NCBI GenBank assembly: GCA_902599495.1
Contig: CACKFY010000002.1
Location: 55,760 to 119,759, forward strand
Direction of reading: 5' to 3'
DNA from: an uncultured Pelagibacteraceae bacterium
GTDB lineage: Bacteria > Pseudomonadota > Alphaproteobacteria > Pelagibacterales > Pelagibacteraceae
Length of the DNA stretch: 64,000 nucleotides
This document shows, piece by piece, positions 50,424 through 61,388 of the stretch. Positions within the stretch are counted from its first letter, which is position 1, and each line of letters starts with the position of its first letter. Made by a program: the position numbers and the translations under genes. Below the pieces are notes generated by a model. That model had not been told where the DNA came from. It searched no databases and was given only the letters and a program-made list of their open reading frames with translations.

Positions 50424-51020
50424 ATGTCTAACGCAGTAATTTATAAAGATTTTTATCAAGTTCCAAATCTTTCTTTCAATATTAGTAAGCTTAGAGCCGA
50501 CCTTGAGAAGATTTTAGAAAAATCAAAATATCAAACACTTGGGATAACTAACTTTGCGGCAATTCCAATGAATAAGATTCCAGGCGACGATAGCTCTATA
50601 CAAGGTCATAATGTAAGAGGTGTCTATTGGACTAAACCAGATGAAACTGGAAAAGAAGTAGTTAGAGATAAACCAATAGACGAGTCTAAGTATACAGAAT
50701 TAACTAAAGAATTTAAAAACACTTATTTTGAAGAAGTGTATAAAATTTTAAGTTCAAAGTTTAAGCTGGGAAGAGTAAGAGTATTATTGAAAGAACCAAG
50801 ATCTACTCTTAGTTGGCATAAAGATCCTGAGCCAAGATTACATATACCAATAATAACAAATCCTGGATGTAAAATGGTGATCGAAGATGTTGCAAAACAT
50901 ATGCCAGCGGATGGAAAAGTTTGGATAACTAACAATACAAGGTATCATAATTTCTTTAATGGCGGTGAGCAAAATAGAATTCATATCGTTGCTTGCTTGT
51001 TAGAGAATAGATTCAATTAA
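50424..51020 (+). CDS. Putative Fe(II)/2OG cupin oxygenase, aspartyl/asparaginyl beta-hydroxylase-like
   Basis: GRVRV, LSWHKD (HxD), RLHIPIITN, distal His in RYHNFFN, NRIHIV. Confidence 0.7.
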   Translation: MSNAVIYKDFYQVPNLSFNISKLRADLEKILEKSKYQTLGITNFAAIPMNKIPGDDSSIQGHNVRGVYWTKPDETGKEVVRDKPIDESKYTELTKEFKNTYFEEVYKILSSKFKLGRVRVLLKEPRSTLSWHKDPEPRLHIPIITNPGCKMVIEDVAKHMPADGKVWITNNTRYHNFFNGGEQNRIHIVACLLENRFN

Positions 51021-51458
51021 TTGAATTCATTATTTAAAAAAATTTGTATTTCATCAGATCACGCTGGTTATAATTTAAAAGAGTTTATTAAAAACATGCT
51101 AATAGACTCGGAAATATCTATTACCGACTTAGGGCCTTTTTTTAAAAAATCTGTCGATTATCCAGATTTTGCAAAAAAGGTATCCAATAGAGTTTCTAAA
51201 AAAAAAAGTGAAATTGGCATACTTGTATGTGGTTCAGGTACTGGTATGGCTATTTCAGCCAATAAAACAAAAGGAATTAGGGCAGCAGTAGGATATAATC
51301 TAAAATCTACTCAATTGTCTCGTCAGCATAATAATGCTAATATATTATGTTTAGGATCAAGATTAACAAAAAAAAAAGATATTAAAAAAATTGTTTCAGT
51401 TTTTTTAAAAACAAAATTTGAGGGTGGCAGACATAAAAGGAGAATAAAAAAAATATAA
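51021..51458 (+). CDS. rpiB: Ribose-5-phosphate isomerase B
   Basis: SDHAG, VDYPD, CGSGTGM, HNNANIL, FEGGRH; TTG start. Confidence 0.95.
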   Translation: MNSLFKKICISSDHAGYNLKEFIKNMLIDSEISITDLGPFFKKSVDYPDFAKKVSNRVSKKKSEIGILVCGSGTGMAISANKTKGIRAAVGYNLKSTQLSRQHNNANILCLGSRLTKKKDIKKIVSVFLKTKFEGGRHKRRIKKI

Positions 51459-52760
51459 ATGTCAACGGTAACTAAAATAAATAGAGTTTCTAATAATTTT
51501 TTTGAAAGAGACTTAAAAGACTCAGATAAAGAATTATTTGAATCAATCTCAAAAGAATTTGTAAGACAAAAAAATCACATAGAGTTAATAGCTTCTGAAA
51601 ATATTGTTTCTAGAGCAGTCTTAGAAGCACAAGGTTCAGTTTTGACAAATAAATATGCTGAAGGATATTCGGGAAAAAGATATTATGGGGGCTGTGAATT
51701 TGTAGATATTTCAGAAAATTTAGCAATAGAAAGAGCAAAAAAACTATTTAATTGTAAATTTGCTAACGTTCAGCCTCACTCAGGTGCTCAAGCTAATGGA
51801 GCGGTATATCTAGCTTTAATAAAACCAGGAGATACTATATTGGGTATGAGTTTAAATTCTGGCGGTCATTTAACTCATGGAGCAAAACCCGCTCAATCTG
51901 GAAAATGGTTTAATGCAATTCATTATGATGTAGAAAAAAATTCTGGATTAATTGATTATGAAAACGTCGAAAAGTTGGCTTTAGAACATAAACCAAAGTT
52001 AATAATTGCTGGTGGTAGCGCTTACTCTAGAATAATTGATTTCAAAAAATTTAAAGATATTTGTAAAAAAGTTGGCGCTTTTTTCTTAGTCGACATGGCA
52101 CATTTTTCAGGTCTTGTTGCTGGAGGTGCTTATCCTAACCCATTAGAGTATGCTGATGTTGTAACATCTACTACTCATAAAGTATTAAGAGGGCCAAGAG
52201 GAGGAATAATATTAACTAACAACGAAACTCTTTATAAAAAGTTTAATAGCGCTGTATTCCCTGGTCTACAGGGAGGACCTTTGATGCATGTAGTAGCAGC
52301 AAAAGCTGTATGTTTTAAAGAAGCGTTAAGTCAAGAGTTTAAAAAATATACCTCTGAAGTAATTTCAAATGCAAAAGTGTTAAGTGAAACTCTTATTAAA
52401 AATAATTTTAAAATATTTTCTGGAGGAACGGACACACATTTGATGTTAGTTGATCTAAGACCTTACGGAGTAACAGGTAAAGATGCTGAGGAAAGTTTAG
52501 GTAGAGCCAACATAACTTGCAACAAAAACGGTATACCTTTTGACACAGAAAGCCCTATGATAACTTCAGGTATACGATTAGGAACACCAGCAGCAACTAC
52601 TAGAGGTTTCAAAGCCCGTGAATTTAAATTGGTAGGAAACTTAATCACAAAAGTAATTAAAGGACTTTCGGAAAATCCAAAAAACAATGCAACAATTGAG
52701 AAGGAAGTTCAAAAAGAGGTTGTTGATCTTTGCTCCGATTTTCCTATATATAGTGATTAA
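51459..52760 (+). CDS. glyA: Serine hydroxymethyltransferase
   Basis: [32 protein letters not shown]. Confidence 0.99.
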   Translation: MSTVTKINRVSNNFFERDLKDSDKELFESISKEFVRQKNHIELIASENIVSRAVLEAQGSVLTNKYAEGYSGKRYYGGCEFVDISENLAIERAKKLFNCKFANVQPHSGAQANGAVYLALIKPGDTILGMSLNSGGHLTHGAKPAQSGKWFNAIHYDVEKNSGLIDYENVEKLALEHKPKLIIAGGSAYSRIIDFKKFKDICKKVGAFFLVDMAHFSGLVAGGAYPNPLEYADVVTSTTHKVLRGPRGGIILTNNETLYKKFNSAVFPGLQGGPLMHVVAAKAVCFKEALSQEFKKYTSEVISNAKVLSETLIKNNFKIFSGGTDTHLMLVDLRPYGVTGKDAEESLGRANITCNKNGIPFDTESPMITSGIRLGTPAATTRGFKAREFKLVGNLITKVIKGLSENPKNNATIEKEVQKEVVDLCSDFPIYSD

Positions 52761-52777
52761 CAAAAAAAAAGTATTCT

Positions 52778-53245
52778 ATGATTTGTCCTTTTTGTAGAGA
52801 AAAAGATACATCTGTTGTGGACTCAAGGCCCACTGAGGATGGAACCGCAATTAGAAGAAGAAGAGTTTGTACATGTGGAGGTGGACAAAGATTTACAACT
52901 TTTGAAAGAGTTCAATTTAGAGAGCTAACTGTCATTAAAAAAAACGGTCGAAGATCACCTTTCGATAGAGAAAAACTTGCGAAATCTCTATTTACTGCAT
53001 TAAAAAAAAGGCCAATTGACTCAGACACCACTGAGAAAATTGTTTCAAAAATTTCTAGAGAACTTGAAGAAATGGGACAATCTGAAATTCAATCTAGTAT
53101 AATCGGAAGAAAAGTGATGGATGAGCTTAAAGAGCTAGATAAAATTGCTTATATAAGGTTTGCCTCAGTATATACAAATTTTAAGGAAATTGGTGAATTT
53201 GGTGAATATATTGATGAATTACATGGCAAATCAAAAAAGAAATAA
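52778..53245 (+). CDS. nrdR: Transcriptional repressor NrdR
   Basis: CPFC, VVDSR, IRRRR, RFTTFE; ATP cone; AYIRFASVY. Confidence 0.96.
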   Translation: MICPFCREKDTSVVDSRPTEDGTAIRRRRVCTCGGGQRFTTFERVQFRELTVIKKNGRRSPFDREKLAKSLFTALKKRPIDSDTTEKIVSKISRELEEMGQSEIQSSIIGRKVMDELKELDKIAYIRFASVYTNFKEIGEFGEYIDELHGKSKKK

Positions 53246-54317
53246 CAAAAAAAAGCATTTAGAAAATTTAGATCTAGCTTTTGAGTTAGCAAAAATAAAT
53301 TTAGGTTCAACAAAAGAAAATCCGTCAGTAGGATGTGTTGTTGAAAAAAATGGGAGTATCATCTCTAGTGGATATACTTCAATTAATGGTAGACCACATG
53401 CTGAATATAATGCACTCAAAAAAAAAATAAATTTTCAAAACTCAAATATTTATATTACTTTAGAGCCGTGTTCTCATTACGGGAAAACACCTCCCTGCAC
53501 AAATATAATTAAAAAAAAAGGAATTAAAAAAGTTTATTATTCAATTGACGATTATGATGAAAGAAGTAAAAAAAAATCTAAGAATATATTAATAAAAAGA
53601 AAAATTATTACCGACAAGTTTATTCATAAAAAAAAGGGTTTAAAATTTTATGAGAGTTACTACAGGTTTAAAAAAAATAAACTACCTATTATAGATGCCA
53701 AAATAGCTATATCAAAAGATTTTTATACAAAAAATAGAAAAAAAAAATGGATTACCAACAAAAGATCAAGAAAATTATCACATTTATTAAGAACTAAATA
53801 TAATGCTTTGTTATCATCATCAAAAAGTATAAATGACGATGACTCATTATTAAATTGCAGAATAAGTGGTTTAACACATAAATCACCAGATTTAATTATA
53901 TTAGACAGAAATTTGATTATAAAAAAGAGTTTAAAAATATTTAAAGATAAAACTAAAAGAAGAATTTATCTTTATACGACTAAAGATAATAAATCTAAAA
54001 TAAATTGGCTTAGAAAAAAAAAAGTTAAAGTTTTACTAATGAAAAGAATTGATACTAAAGATGATTTTTCTAATTTATTTAAATCTTTTATTAACTTAGG
54101 TTTTTCTAGAATATTTGTTGAGTCTGGACTGACACTCATAAATTTTTTTATAAAAAATGATTTTATAAATAATATTTATATTTTTAAAACTAATTATAAT
54201 TTAGATAAAAATGGTTCTAATAACTCTAGCAATAAAATGTTAAAAAAGATAAAATTAAGAAATAAGTTAAATGTTTTTTTAGATAACGATAATGCATATT
54301 TAGAAAGGTTAAATTAA
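53223..54317 (+). CDS. ribD: Riboflavin biosynthesis deaminase/reductase RibD (likely start ATG 53223)
   Basis: [24 protein letters not shown]; reductase KWIT...R. Confidence 0.93.
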   Translation: MANQKRNNKKKHLENLDLAFELAKINLGSTKENPSVGCVVEKNGSIISSGYTSINGRPHAEYNALKKKINFQNSNIYITLEPCSHYGKTPPCTNIIKKKGIKKVYYSIDDYDERSKKKSKNILIKRKIITDKFIHKKKGLKFYESYYRFKKNKLPIIDAKIAISKDFYTKNRKKKWITNKRSRKLSHLLRTKYNALLSSSKSINDDDSLLNCRISGLTHKSPDLIILDRNLIIKKSLKIFKDKTKRRIYLYTTKDNKSKINWLRKKKVKVLLMKRIDTKDDFSNLFKSFINLGFSRIFVESGLTLINFFIKNDFINNIYIFKTNYNLDKNGSNNSSNKMLKKIKLRNKLNVFLDNDNAYLERLN

Positions 54318-54901
54318 TGTTTAATGGAATAATTAAAAACACTGGTGTAGTTAAAAATATCCAAAAAAAACATAAAAGTATGGATCTTAAAATTAAATCA
54401 AATCTTAAAATTAATAAGAAAATGTTAGGTTCTTCAATTTCTTGTAACGGAGTGTGTTTAACTCTAACTTCAATAAAAAAAAATTTATTCAGATTTTATT
54501 TATCACAGGAGACTTTAAAAAGATCTAACTTTTCAAAGATAAAACCTGGAGACATTATAAATATGGAAAAATCATTGAAATTTGGAGATGAGGTGTCAGG
54601 ACATTATACCCAAGGTCATGTAGATACAGTAGGAAAAATACAAAATATTAAAATTATTGATAAAACTTGGATAATTAAAATCAGTATAGATTCTATGTTT
54701 AGCAAATATATAGTTGAGAAAGCATCAATTCATATAAATGGTGTTTCTTTAACAATATCGAAAAAAAAACAAAAGAACTTTGAAATAAATGTAATCCCTC
54801 ACACCTTGAAATTAACAAATTTAAAATATTTAAAAATTAATGATTTAGTTAACATTGAATTTGATATTTTTGGTAAATATCTTTATGAAATTAATAATTA
54901 A
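54317..54901 (+). CDS. ribE: Riboflavin synthase (alpha chain)
   Basis: MFNGII, SISCNGVCLT, GHYTQGHVD, NGVSLT, VNIEFD. Confidence 0.95.
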   Translation: MFNGIIKNTGVVKNIQKKHKSMDLKIKSNLKINKKMLGSSISCNGVCLTLTSIKKNLFRFYLSQETLKRSNFSKIKPGDIINMEKSLKFGDEVSGHYTQGHVDTVGKIQNIKIIDKTWIIKISIDSMFSKYIVEKASIHINGVSLTISKKKQKNFEINVIPHTLKLTNLKYLKINDLVNIEFDIFGKYLYEINN

Positions 54902-55972
54902 ATGACTAAAAATTATCTTTCACCTATAAATGAAATTATTAAAGATGCCAAGAAAGGAAGAATGTTTATCTTAGTTGATGATAAAGACAGAGAAAATGAG
55001 GGCGATCTTATTATTCCAGGCTCAAAATGTAATTCCAAAAATATAAATTTTATGGCAACCCATGGCAGAGGTTTAATTTGTTTAGCTCTTACTAAAAATA
55101 AAGTTGAAGAATTAAATCTTCCTTTGATGTCATCTTTAAATAAAGCTCGAATGCAAACTGCTTTTACTATTTCTATTGAGGCTAGAAGGGGAATAACAAC
55201 AGGAATTTCTGCATTCGATAGAGCTAAGACTATAAAAACTGCAATTAAAAAAAAATCTAGTAAAAAAGATATAGTTTCACCAGGGCACGTTTTTCCACTT
55301 GTAGCCAGATCTGGTGGAGTTCTAGAGAGAGCGGGTCATACCGAAGCATCAGTTGACATTTCTAAATTGGCAAAACTTAATCCAAGTGCCGTTATATGTG
55401 AAGTCATGAATCAAGATGGAAGAATGGCTAGATTAAAAGACTTAAAGAATTTTTCTAAAAAACATAAATTAAAAATTGCTAGCATTGAAGATTTGATTTC
55501 TTTTAGACTTAAAAATGAAAAACTAATTAAAAACATTAATGTTAAAATTATAAATTTTAAAAATCAAAAATATGAGCTTTTGACATATAAAAATTTAGTC
55601 GATCAATCTTTTAGTTTTGCAATAAAAAAAGGGAAATTTAATAAAAATAAATCAACTAGAGTACGTGTGGTATCTAAAACTATAAAAAAAAATAATTTTG
55701 AAATTAGAGACACAAAAATAGAAAAAACATTGGGCTATTTATCTAAATTTAATGATTTCTTGCTTGTGATTATTAAAGATCAAAAATCTCTTAAACAAAA
55801 AATATCTGAAGAACCAAAAAATAATAATATATTAAGATATTATGGTATCGGAGCTCAAATTATTAAAGATTTAAATATAAAAAATATGATATTAGTATCA
55901 CGGTCAAAAAAAAAAATTATTGGGCTTGAAGGATTTGGTATTAAGATTATTAAACAAGAAATAATAAAATGA
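54902..55972 (+). CDS. ribB: DHBP synthase fused to a degenerate GTP cyclohydrolase II domain (RibBX type)
   Basis: DDKDRENEGD, TTGISAFDR, PGHVFPL, RAGHTEA; C-terminus keeps YGIGAQII but has no Zn-binding Cys. Confidence 0.9.
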   Translation: MTKNYLSPINEIIKDAKKGRMFILVDDKDRENEGDLIIPGSKCNSKNINFMATHGRGLICLALTKNKVEELNLPLMSSLNKARMQTAFTISIEARRGITTGISAFDRAKTIKTAIKKKSSKKDIVSPGHVFPLVARSGGVLERAGHTEASVDISKLAKLNPSAVICEVMNQDGRMARLKDLKNFSKKHKLKIASIEDLISFRLKNEKLIKNINVKIINFKNQKYELLTYKNLVDQSFSFAIKKGKFNKNKSTRVRVVSKTIKKNNFEIRDTKIEKTLGYLSKFNDFLLVIIKDQKSLKQKISEEPKNNNILRYYGIGAQIIKDLNIKNMILVSRSKKKIIGLEGFGIKIIKQEIIK

Positions 55973-56361
55973 AGAAAAAAATATTAATTGTAGCATCAAA
56001 TTATTATAAAAAAATTACACAGAACTTAATTAGAGGTTCTTTAAAAAGAATTAAAATTAAAAAAAATATTAAATTAATAAAAGTTCCAGGAACATTTGAA
56101 ATACCATTTATAATTTCCAAAAATTTAAAAAAATTTGACGCCTTTATAGCCCTTGGTTGTGTTATTAAAGGCGAAACTCCTCACTTTGATTTTATATGTA
56201 GCTCTACGTTTGTTTCATTATTAAATTTGTCTACTAAAGCAAAAAAACCCTTGGGAAACGGTATAATTACTGCTTTAAATATGAAGCAGGCAAAAAAAAG
56301 ATCACTTGTTAAAGGAGAAGAAGCTGCAAATGCAGTTATTGAATTAATCAAAAATGGATAA
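55969..56361 (+). CDS. ribH: 6,7-dimethyl-8-ribityllumazine synthase
   Basis: VPGTFEIP, ALGCVIKGETPHFDFI, KGEEAA. Confidence 0.95.
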   Translation: MKKKILIVASNYYKKITQNLIRGSLKRIKIKKNIKLIKVPGTFEIPFIISKNLKKFDAFIALGCVIKGETPHFDFICSSTFVSLLNLSTKAKKPLGNGIITALNMKQAKKRSLVKGEEAANAVIELIKNG

Positions 56362-56749
56362 TATGGCTAAAAATACAACTCCAAGAGTAAAGATAATTCA
56401 AAAACTTTACTCAAAAACATTAAATCCTGAGGAAAAAATTATTTATAATAAAAGCCAGTACAAAAAATTTATTAAAGACGTTACCGAAGGCACAATCGAA
56501 AGGAAAGAATTTATTGAAGAAACTATAGAAAAATTTTTGAAAAATGATATTGATTTAAATCGTACCGACAAATTATTAAAAATAATAATATTTGCTGCAG
56601 TCTTTGAATTACTTTATAAACACAATAACTCAAAAAAGGTTATTATAAGCGAATATCTCAAAACTTCTCAATTTTTTTTAGAAAAAGCTCAAATCAAATA
56701 TTTAAATGCAATTTTAGACAAATTATCTGATTTAATAAGGAAAAATTAA
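56354..56749 (+). CDS. nusB: Transcription antitermination factor NusB
   Basis: Follows ribH; AVFEL, VIISEY, YLNAILDK. Confidence 0.85.
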   Translation: MDNMAKNTTPRVKIIQKLYSKTLNPEEKIIYNKSQYKKFIKDVTEGTIERKEFIEETIEKFLKNDIDLNRTDKLLKIIIFAAVFELLYKHNNSKKVIISEYLKTSQFFLEKAQIKYLNAILDKLSDLIRKN

Positions 56750-56830
56750 TTTTTTATACAATTTGTTGGGATTTGTAATAAAGTTTAGCTTGCGTTTCTT
56801 AATATATTTTGGCATTTATCATACCATTAT

Positions 56831-58933
56831 ATGAATTCTTCATTAGAACTACTTTATTTAATAATTTTCTCTGGAATATTAGCTGTGGGTTATAGCTACC
56901 TTTTATCTGGTCAAATTTTGTCCTCTAGTGAAGGAAATGACAAAATGAGAGAAATTGCAGGTGCAATTCAAATCGGTGCAAAAGCTTACTTAAATAGACA
57001 GTATAAAACTATCGCCATAGTAGGATTAATTGTTTTAATTATTGTTACTTATTTTTTTAATATTTTAGTTGGTATTGGTTATTTTGTTGGAGCAGCTTTG
57101 TCAGGTGTTGCTGGTTATGTAGGAATGCTTATTTCAGTTCAAGCAAATGTGCGAACAGCTGAAGCATCTCGAAATAGTTTGCAGTCTGGTTTAAGCATAG
57201 CTTTTAAATCAGGTGCTATAACTGGTTTACTAGTTGCAGGTTTAGCTCTTTTATCAATAGCAATTTACTATCTTATTTTAATAAATTTAAATACAGATAG
57301 CAGAGATATAATTAACGCTTTAGTAGCACTTGGTTTTGGAGCTTCTTTAATTTCAATTTTTGCGAGATTAGGAGGTGGAATTTTTACTAAAGGAGCGGAT
57401 GTTGGAGCAGATTTAGTGGGTAAGGTTGAAGCCGGCATTCCTGAGGATGATCCACGAAATCCTGCGGTTATAGCAGATAACGTTGGTGACAATGTTGGTG
57501 ACTGTGCTGGAATGGCTGCAGACCTGTTTGAAACCTACGCTGTAACAATAGTTGCAACTATGGTCTTAGCATCAATATTTTTTCCAGACTCAGGAAATAT
57601 GATGGTTTACCCTTTAGCAATCGGTGGATCATGTATCATTACATCAATAATTGGCACTTGGTTTGTGCGATTAGGTAAGAGTAAAAATATAATGGGTGCA
57701 TTATATAAAGGATTTATAGCTACAGCCATTCTATCTTTATTGATTTTATATCCTTTAACGAATGCCACACTGGGACTAGAAAAAAACTATTCTTATTCAA
57801 ATATTAGCTTTTCAGGTTTTGATTTATATATTTGTGCTGTTATTGGATTAATTATTACAGGATTAATAATTTGGATTACAGAATATTACACTGGAACTAA
57901 TTTTAGACCAGTTAAGAGTGTTGCAAAATCTTCAACTACAGGACACGGAACTAATGTTATTCAAGGATTAGCTATTTCTATGGAAGCAACAGCTGTTCCA
58001 GCTTTAATTATTGTTATTGGTATAATTAGTACTTATAATTTTGCAGGGCTTTTCGGAATAGCCATTGCAGTTACATCTATGCTAGCATTAACTGGTATGG
58101 TAGTAGCGTTGGATGCATATGGTCCAGTAACTGACAATGCAGGAGGTATTGCAGAAATGTCAAAACTTCCAAAAAATGTTCGAAAAACAACTGACGCATT
58201 GGATGCAGTAGGGAATACAACAAAAGCTGTAACCAAGGGCTATGCTATAGGTTCAGCGGGTTTGGGAGCTCTTGTTTTATTTGCTGCTTACACCGAAGAT
58301 ATAAAATATTATTCGATGGATAGCACGTCTTCTTTATACCAAATGCAGGTAAGTTTTGATTTATCAAATCCTTACGTGGTAATAGGATTGCTTATCGGCG
58401 GACTTTTGCCATATCTTTTTGGCTCTATGGGTATGCAAGCTGTAGGAAGAGCAGGAGGAGCTGTTGTTATAGAAGTAAGAAGGCAGTTCAAAAAAATTCC
58501 TGGGATTATGAAAGGTAAAAGAAAACCAGATTATGGAAGATTAGTTGATTTACTTACAAAAGCTGCAATAAAAGAAATGATAGTTCCATCTTTACTTCCT
58601 GTTTTATCACCTATTGTTCTTTACATTATAATTTTATTTATTGCCGGCAAAGTAGCCGCTTTAGCTGCCTTAGGAGCAATGTTACTCGGAGTTATTGTTA
58701 CAGGTTTATTTGTAGCTATATCCATGACAGCTGGTGGTGGAGCTTGGGATAATGCTAAGAAATATATTGAAGATGGAAACTTTGGAGGAAAAGGTTCAGA
58801 TGCACACAAGGCCGCAGTAACAGGTGATACTGTAGGCGATCCTTATAAAGATACAGCAGGTCCTGCAGTGAATCCAATGATCAAAATTACAAATATTGTT
58901 GCATTATTACTACTCTCTATCATAGCTCATTAA
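56831..58933 (+). CDS. hppA: Membrane H+-translocating pyrophosphatase (K+-independent signature)
   Basis: [44 protein letters not shown]. Confidence 0.97.
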   Translation: MNSSLELLYLIIFSGILAVGYSYLLSGQILSSSEGNDKMREIAGAIQIGAKAYLNRQYKTIAIVGLIVLIIVTYFFNILVGIGYFVGAALSGVAGYVGMLISVQANVRTAEASRNSLQSGLSIAFKSGAITGLLVAGLALLSIAIYYLILINLNTDSRDIINALVALGFGASLISIFARLGGGIFTKGADVGADLVGKVEAGIPEDDPRNPAVIADNVGDNVGDCAGMAADLFETYAVTIVATMVLASIFFPDSGNMMVYPLAIGGSCIITSIIGTWFVRLGKSKNIMGALYKGFIATAILSLLILYPLTNATLGLEKNYSYSNISFSGFDLYICAVIGLIITGLIIWITEYYTGTNFRPVKSVAKSSTTGHGTNVIQGLAISMEATAVPALIIVIGIISTYNFAGLFGIAIAVTSMLALTGMVVALDAYGPVTDNAGGIAEMSKLPKNVRKTTDALDAVGNTTKAVTKGYAIGSAGLGALVLFAAYTEDIKYYSMDSTSSLYQMQVSFDLSNPYVVIGLLIGGLLPYLFGSMGMQAVGRAGGAVVIEVRRQFKKIPGIMKGKRKPDYGRLVDLLTKAAIKEMIVPSLLPVLSPIVLYIIILFIAGKVAALAALGAMLLGVIVTGLFVAISMTAGGGAWDNAKKYIEDGNFGGKGSDAHKAAVTGDTVGDPYKDTAGPAVNPMIKITNIVALLLLSIIAH

Positions 58934-59406
58934 AACTTTCTTTTACCATACATTTTTTGTCGAACACTTTGTAAAAATGAAGAAACAAAACTTTGTTTTG
59001 TAACTGGATTTTCGGTTTTCATTTCTGAATAGGATATTTTTTTCATGTCTTCTTTATCATAGAATTCTTTATTTATCACAACACCATACTTATCAAATCT
59101 AACAACCAAAACATTGTTCTCTAATAAATTAACATTACCAAAGTTTATTATTGATCCAGTTGATACTTTTCTATCAAAATAAAACCATAGATTTTCGTCA
59201 TCTATTGAAGTTGTATGTGGATTACCTAATATTTTAATTACATCATTTTTGTTAGTTTTGTTAATTGAAATACTTTGTGATCTATTTTCTAGAAAATTTA
59301 TACCGTGACCTTTTATAGGCTCTTTAAATTTACAATTAGATAATATAAGAAATAAAAGTAAACAAACGAGATTTTTAAAATGTTTGATTTTAAATATAAA
59401 AAGCAT
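58930..59406 (-). CDS. bamE: Outer-membrane assembly lipoprotein BamE/OmlA
   Basis: Lipobox LSNC; [26 protein letters not shown]. Confidence 0.85.
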   Translation of the reverse strand: MLFIFKIKHFKNLVCLLLFLILSNCKFKEPIKGHGINFLENRSQSISINKTNKNDVIKILGNPHTTSIDDENLWFYFDRKVSTGSIINFGNVNLLENNVLVVRFDKYGVVINKEFYDKEDMKKISYSEMKTENPVTKQSFVSSFLQSVRQKMYGKRKF

Positions 59407-59877
59407 AACTTTATTTATAATAATTTAGTAAAATTATCACGAAATATTTTTTTTTACAAAGATATTAAGTTAGATGATAAGTTGGAAAATAGAATTATCA
59501 TTATATTTGCGCATCTAAGCATAATTCTTAAATGTTTAAAAATTAATCAAAATAACAAGGAAATTTCGCAGTCTTTATATGACAACGTGTTTCATAATAT
59601 TGAAAACAACTTAAGAGAAATTGGACACGGAGATGTTACTGTTAATAAAAAGATGAAACAATTAAATCAAATATTTCATGATTTACTTATTAAATTTATT
59701 GATGATAGAACCAAAAAAAAAATTGAAATAAAAGAAATGGTTAAATTTCTCTATATGAATGATAAAAACGATGAAATATCTAAAAAACTTCATGATTACT
59801 TTACTAAATATTATGATTTTTGTTTTGATCTTATTAATAAAAATATGATAAAAGAAATTGATAAATTTAGGTATTAA
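59380..59877 (+). CDS. Ubiquinol-cytochrome c chaperone (Cbp3/UQCC1 family)
   Basis: LSRNIFFY, DDKLENR, NLREIGHGDVTVNKKMK; alphaproteobacterial synteny with bamE and plsX. Confidence 0.82.
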   Translation: MFDFKYKKHNFIYNNLVKLSRNIFFYKDIKLDDKLENRIIIIFAHLSIILKCLKINQNNKEISQSLYDNVFHNIENNLREIGHGDVTVNKKMKQLNQIFHDLLIKFIDDRTKKKIEIKEMVKFLYMNDKNDEISKKLHDYFTKYYDFCFDLINKNMIKEIDKFRY

Positions 59878-59879
59878 TT

Positions 59880-60053
59880 ATGGCTGTACCAAAAAGAAAA
59901 ACAACTGTCTCAAAAAGAAACAAAAGAAGATCACATCATAAGATCTCAAATATAAATGTTATAGAGGACAAAAAAACTGGTGAATATAGAATTTCACACC
60001 ATATAGATTTAAAAACTGGTTTTTATAACGGAAAAAAAATTCTAGATATTTAA
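59880..60053 (+). CDS. rpmF: 50S ribosomal protein L32 (57 aa; not in the ORF track)
   Basis: Hand translation MAVPKRKTTVSKRNKRRSHH...GEYRISHHIDLKTGFYNGKKILDI*; precedes plsX. Confidence 0.95.
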   Translation: MAVPKRKTTVSKRNKRRSHHKISNINVIEDKKTGEYRISHHIDLKTGFYNGKKILDI

Positions 60054-60060
60054 CAATTTA

Positions 60061-61095
60061 ATGGATAAAAAAATTTGTATTGCAATTGATGCAATGGGTG
60101 GCGAAAATTCACCTAACAAAAATATAGAGGGAATAAAGTTTTTTTATAACAAAAATAAAGATCGAGATGATTTTTTCTTCAATATATTTGGTGATGAGAA
60201 TAAAGTAGCACCTTTACTTAAACATTATAAAATTCCCGAAAAATATTTTAAAATATTTCACACATCATCTGTTGTTTCAGATGAAGAGACACCTCTAACT
60301 GCTGTTAAAACTTCTAAAAATAGCAGCATGTGGAATAGCGTCTTCTCCCAGACTAAATCAGAAAGTGATATTTCGTTGTCAGCTGGTAATACTGGGGTAC
60401 TATTAGTAATTTCAAGAATGATACTAAAAACAATTAGTGGTGTAAGCAAACCAGCTTTAGCCGGTTTATGGCCAAATAATATTGGAATGAATATAGTATT
60501 AGATTTGGGAGCAAATATTGAATGTGACGAAAATAATCTTGTTGAATTCTCAGAGATGGGATCTGCTTTATATAAATCTTTATACCCAAATGATACACCT
60601 AAAGTAGCTCTTCTAAATATTGGTTCAGAAGAAATTAAAGGAACAGAAATAATAAAAAAAACATTTAATAAGTTGAAAGAAATTAGTAAAACTGGTGATT
60701 TTATCTTTAATGGCTACATTGAAGGAAATAAAATACCTGAAGGCGAGAGTAACGTAATTGTGACCGATGGTTTTACTGGAAACGTCGCTTTAAAAACAGC
60801 TGAAGGTACAGCAAAGTTTATAACTGATAATCTAAAAAAATCTTTAAGTGAAAATATAATTTCCAAATTTTCATTAGTATTTTCTTATTTTAGTTTGAAA
60901 AAATTTAAAAGTAGACTTGATCCTAGAAAATTTAATGGAGCTATTTTTTTAGGATTAAATGGGCCAGTAGTTAAAAGCCATGGATCTACAGATTCAATTG
61001 GATTTTATCATTCCATTGATTTATGCTATAAAATAGTTAAAGGTAACTTAATGAGTCAAATTAAAGAAAATCTAAATCATCTCGATGAAAACTAG
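60061..61095 (+). CDS. plsX: Phosphate acyltransferase PlsX
   Basis: IDAMGGE, SAGNTG, LDLGAN, VTDGFTGNVALK, VVKSHGS. Confidence 0.97.
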   Translation: MDKKICIAIDAMGGENSPNKNIEGIKFFYNKNKDRDDFFFNIFGDENKVAPLLKHYKIPEKYFKIFHTSSVVSDEETPLTAVKTSKNSSMWNSVFSQTKSESDISLSAGNTGVLLVISRMILKTISGVSKPALAGLWPNNIGMNIVLDLGANIECDENNLVEFSEMGSALYKSLYPNDTPKVALLNIGSEEIKGTEIIKKTFNKLKEISKTGDFIFNGYIEGNKIPEGESNVIVTDGFTGNVALKTAEGTAKFITDNLKKSLSENIISKFSLVFSYFSLKKFKSRLDPRKFNGAIFLGLNGPVVKSHGSTDSIGFYHSIDLCYKIVKGNLMSQIKENLNHLDEN

Positions 61096-61387
61096 TTTAA
61101 AACAAAATTTAGGAAAAAAAGATATTATTCAAAACATTCATTCGAAATTTGGAACATCTTTCCAAAATGTACAAACTATAACTGAGAGTATTATCGAAGC
61201 AATTACAGGAGCGCTTTTAAAGAATAAAAAAATAAATATCAAAAATTTTGCCTCATTCTCTATTAAAGAAAAAAAAGAACGTAAGGGACGTAATCCTAAA
61301 ACTAAAGAAGAGTTTCTTATTAGTCAAAGAAAAACGATTAATTTTAAGGTTTCGAGTTCTCTTAAAAAAAAAATTAATAATTTATAA
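61085..61387 (+). CDS. ihfA: Integration host factor alpha / HU-family DNA-binding protein
   Basis: INIKNFASF, RKGRNPKTKE, FKVSSSLK; plsX-ihfA-merR synteny. Confidence 0.85.
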   Translation: MKTSLKQNLGKKDIIQNIHSKFGTSFQNVQTITESIIEAITGALLKNKKINIKNFASFSIKEKKERKGRNPKTKEEFLISQRKTINFKVSSSLKKKINNL

Positions 61388-61388
61388 T

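Noticed and set aside
56752-56782. TACAA...TTGTA inverted repeat between nusB and hppA
   Set aside because: Weak AT-rich stem without a U-tract; cannot call a terminator or operator
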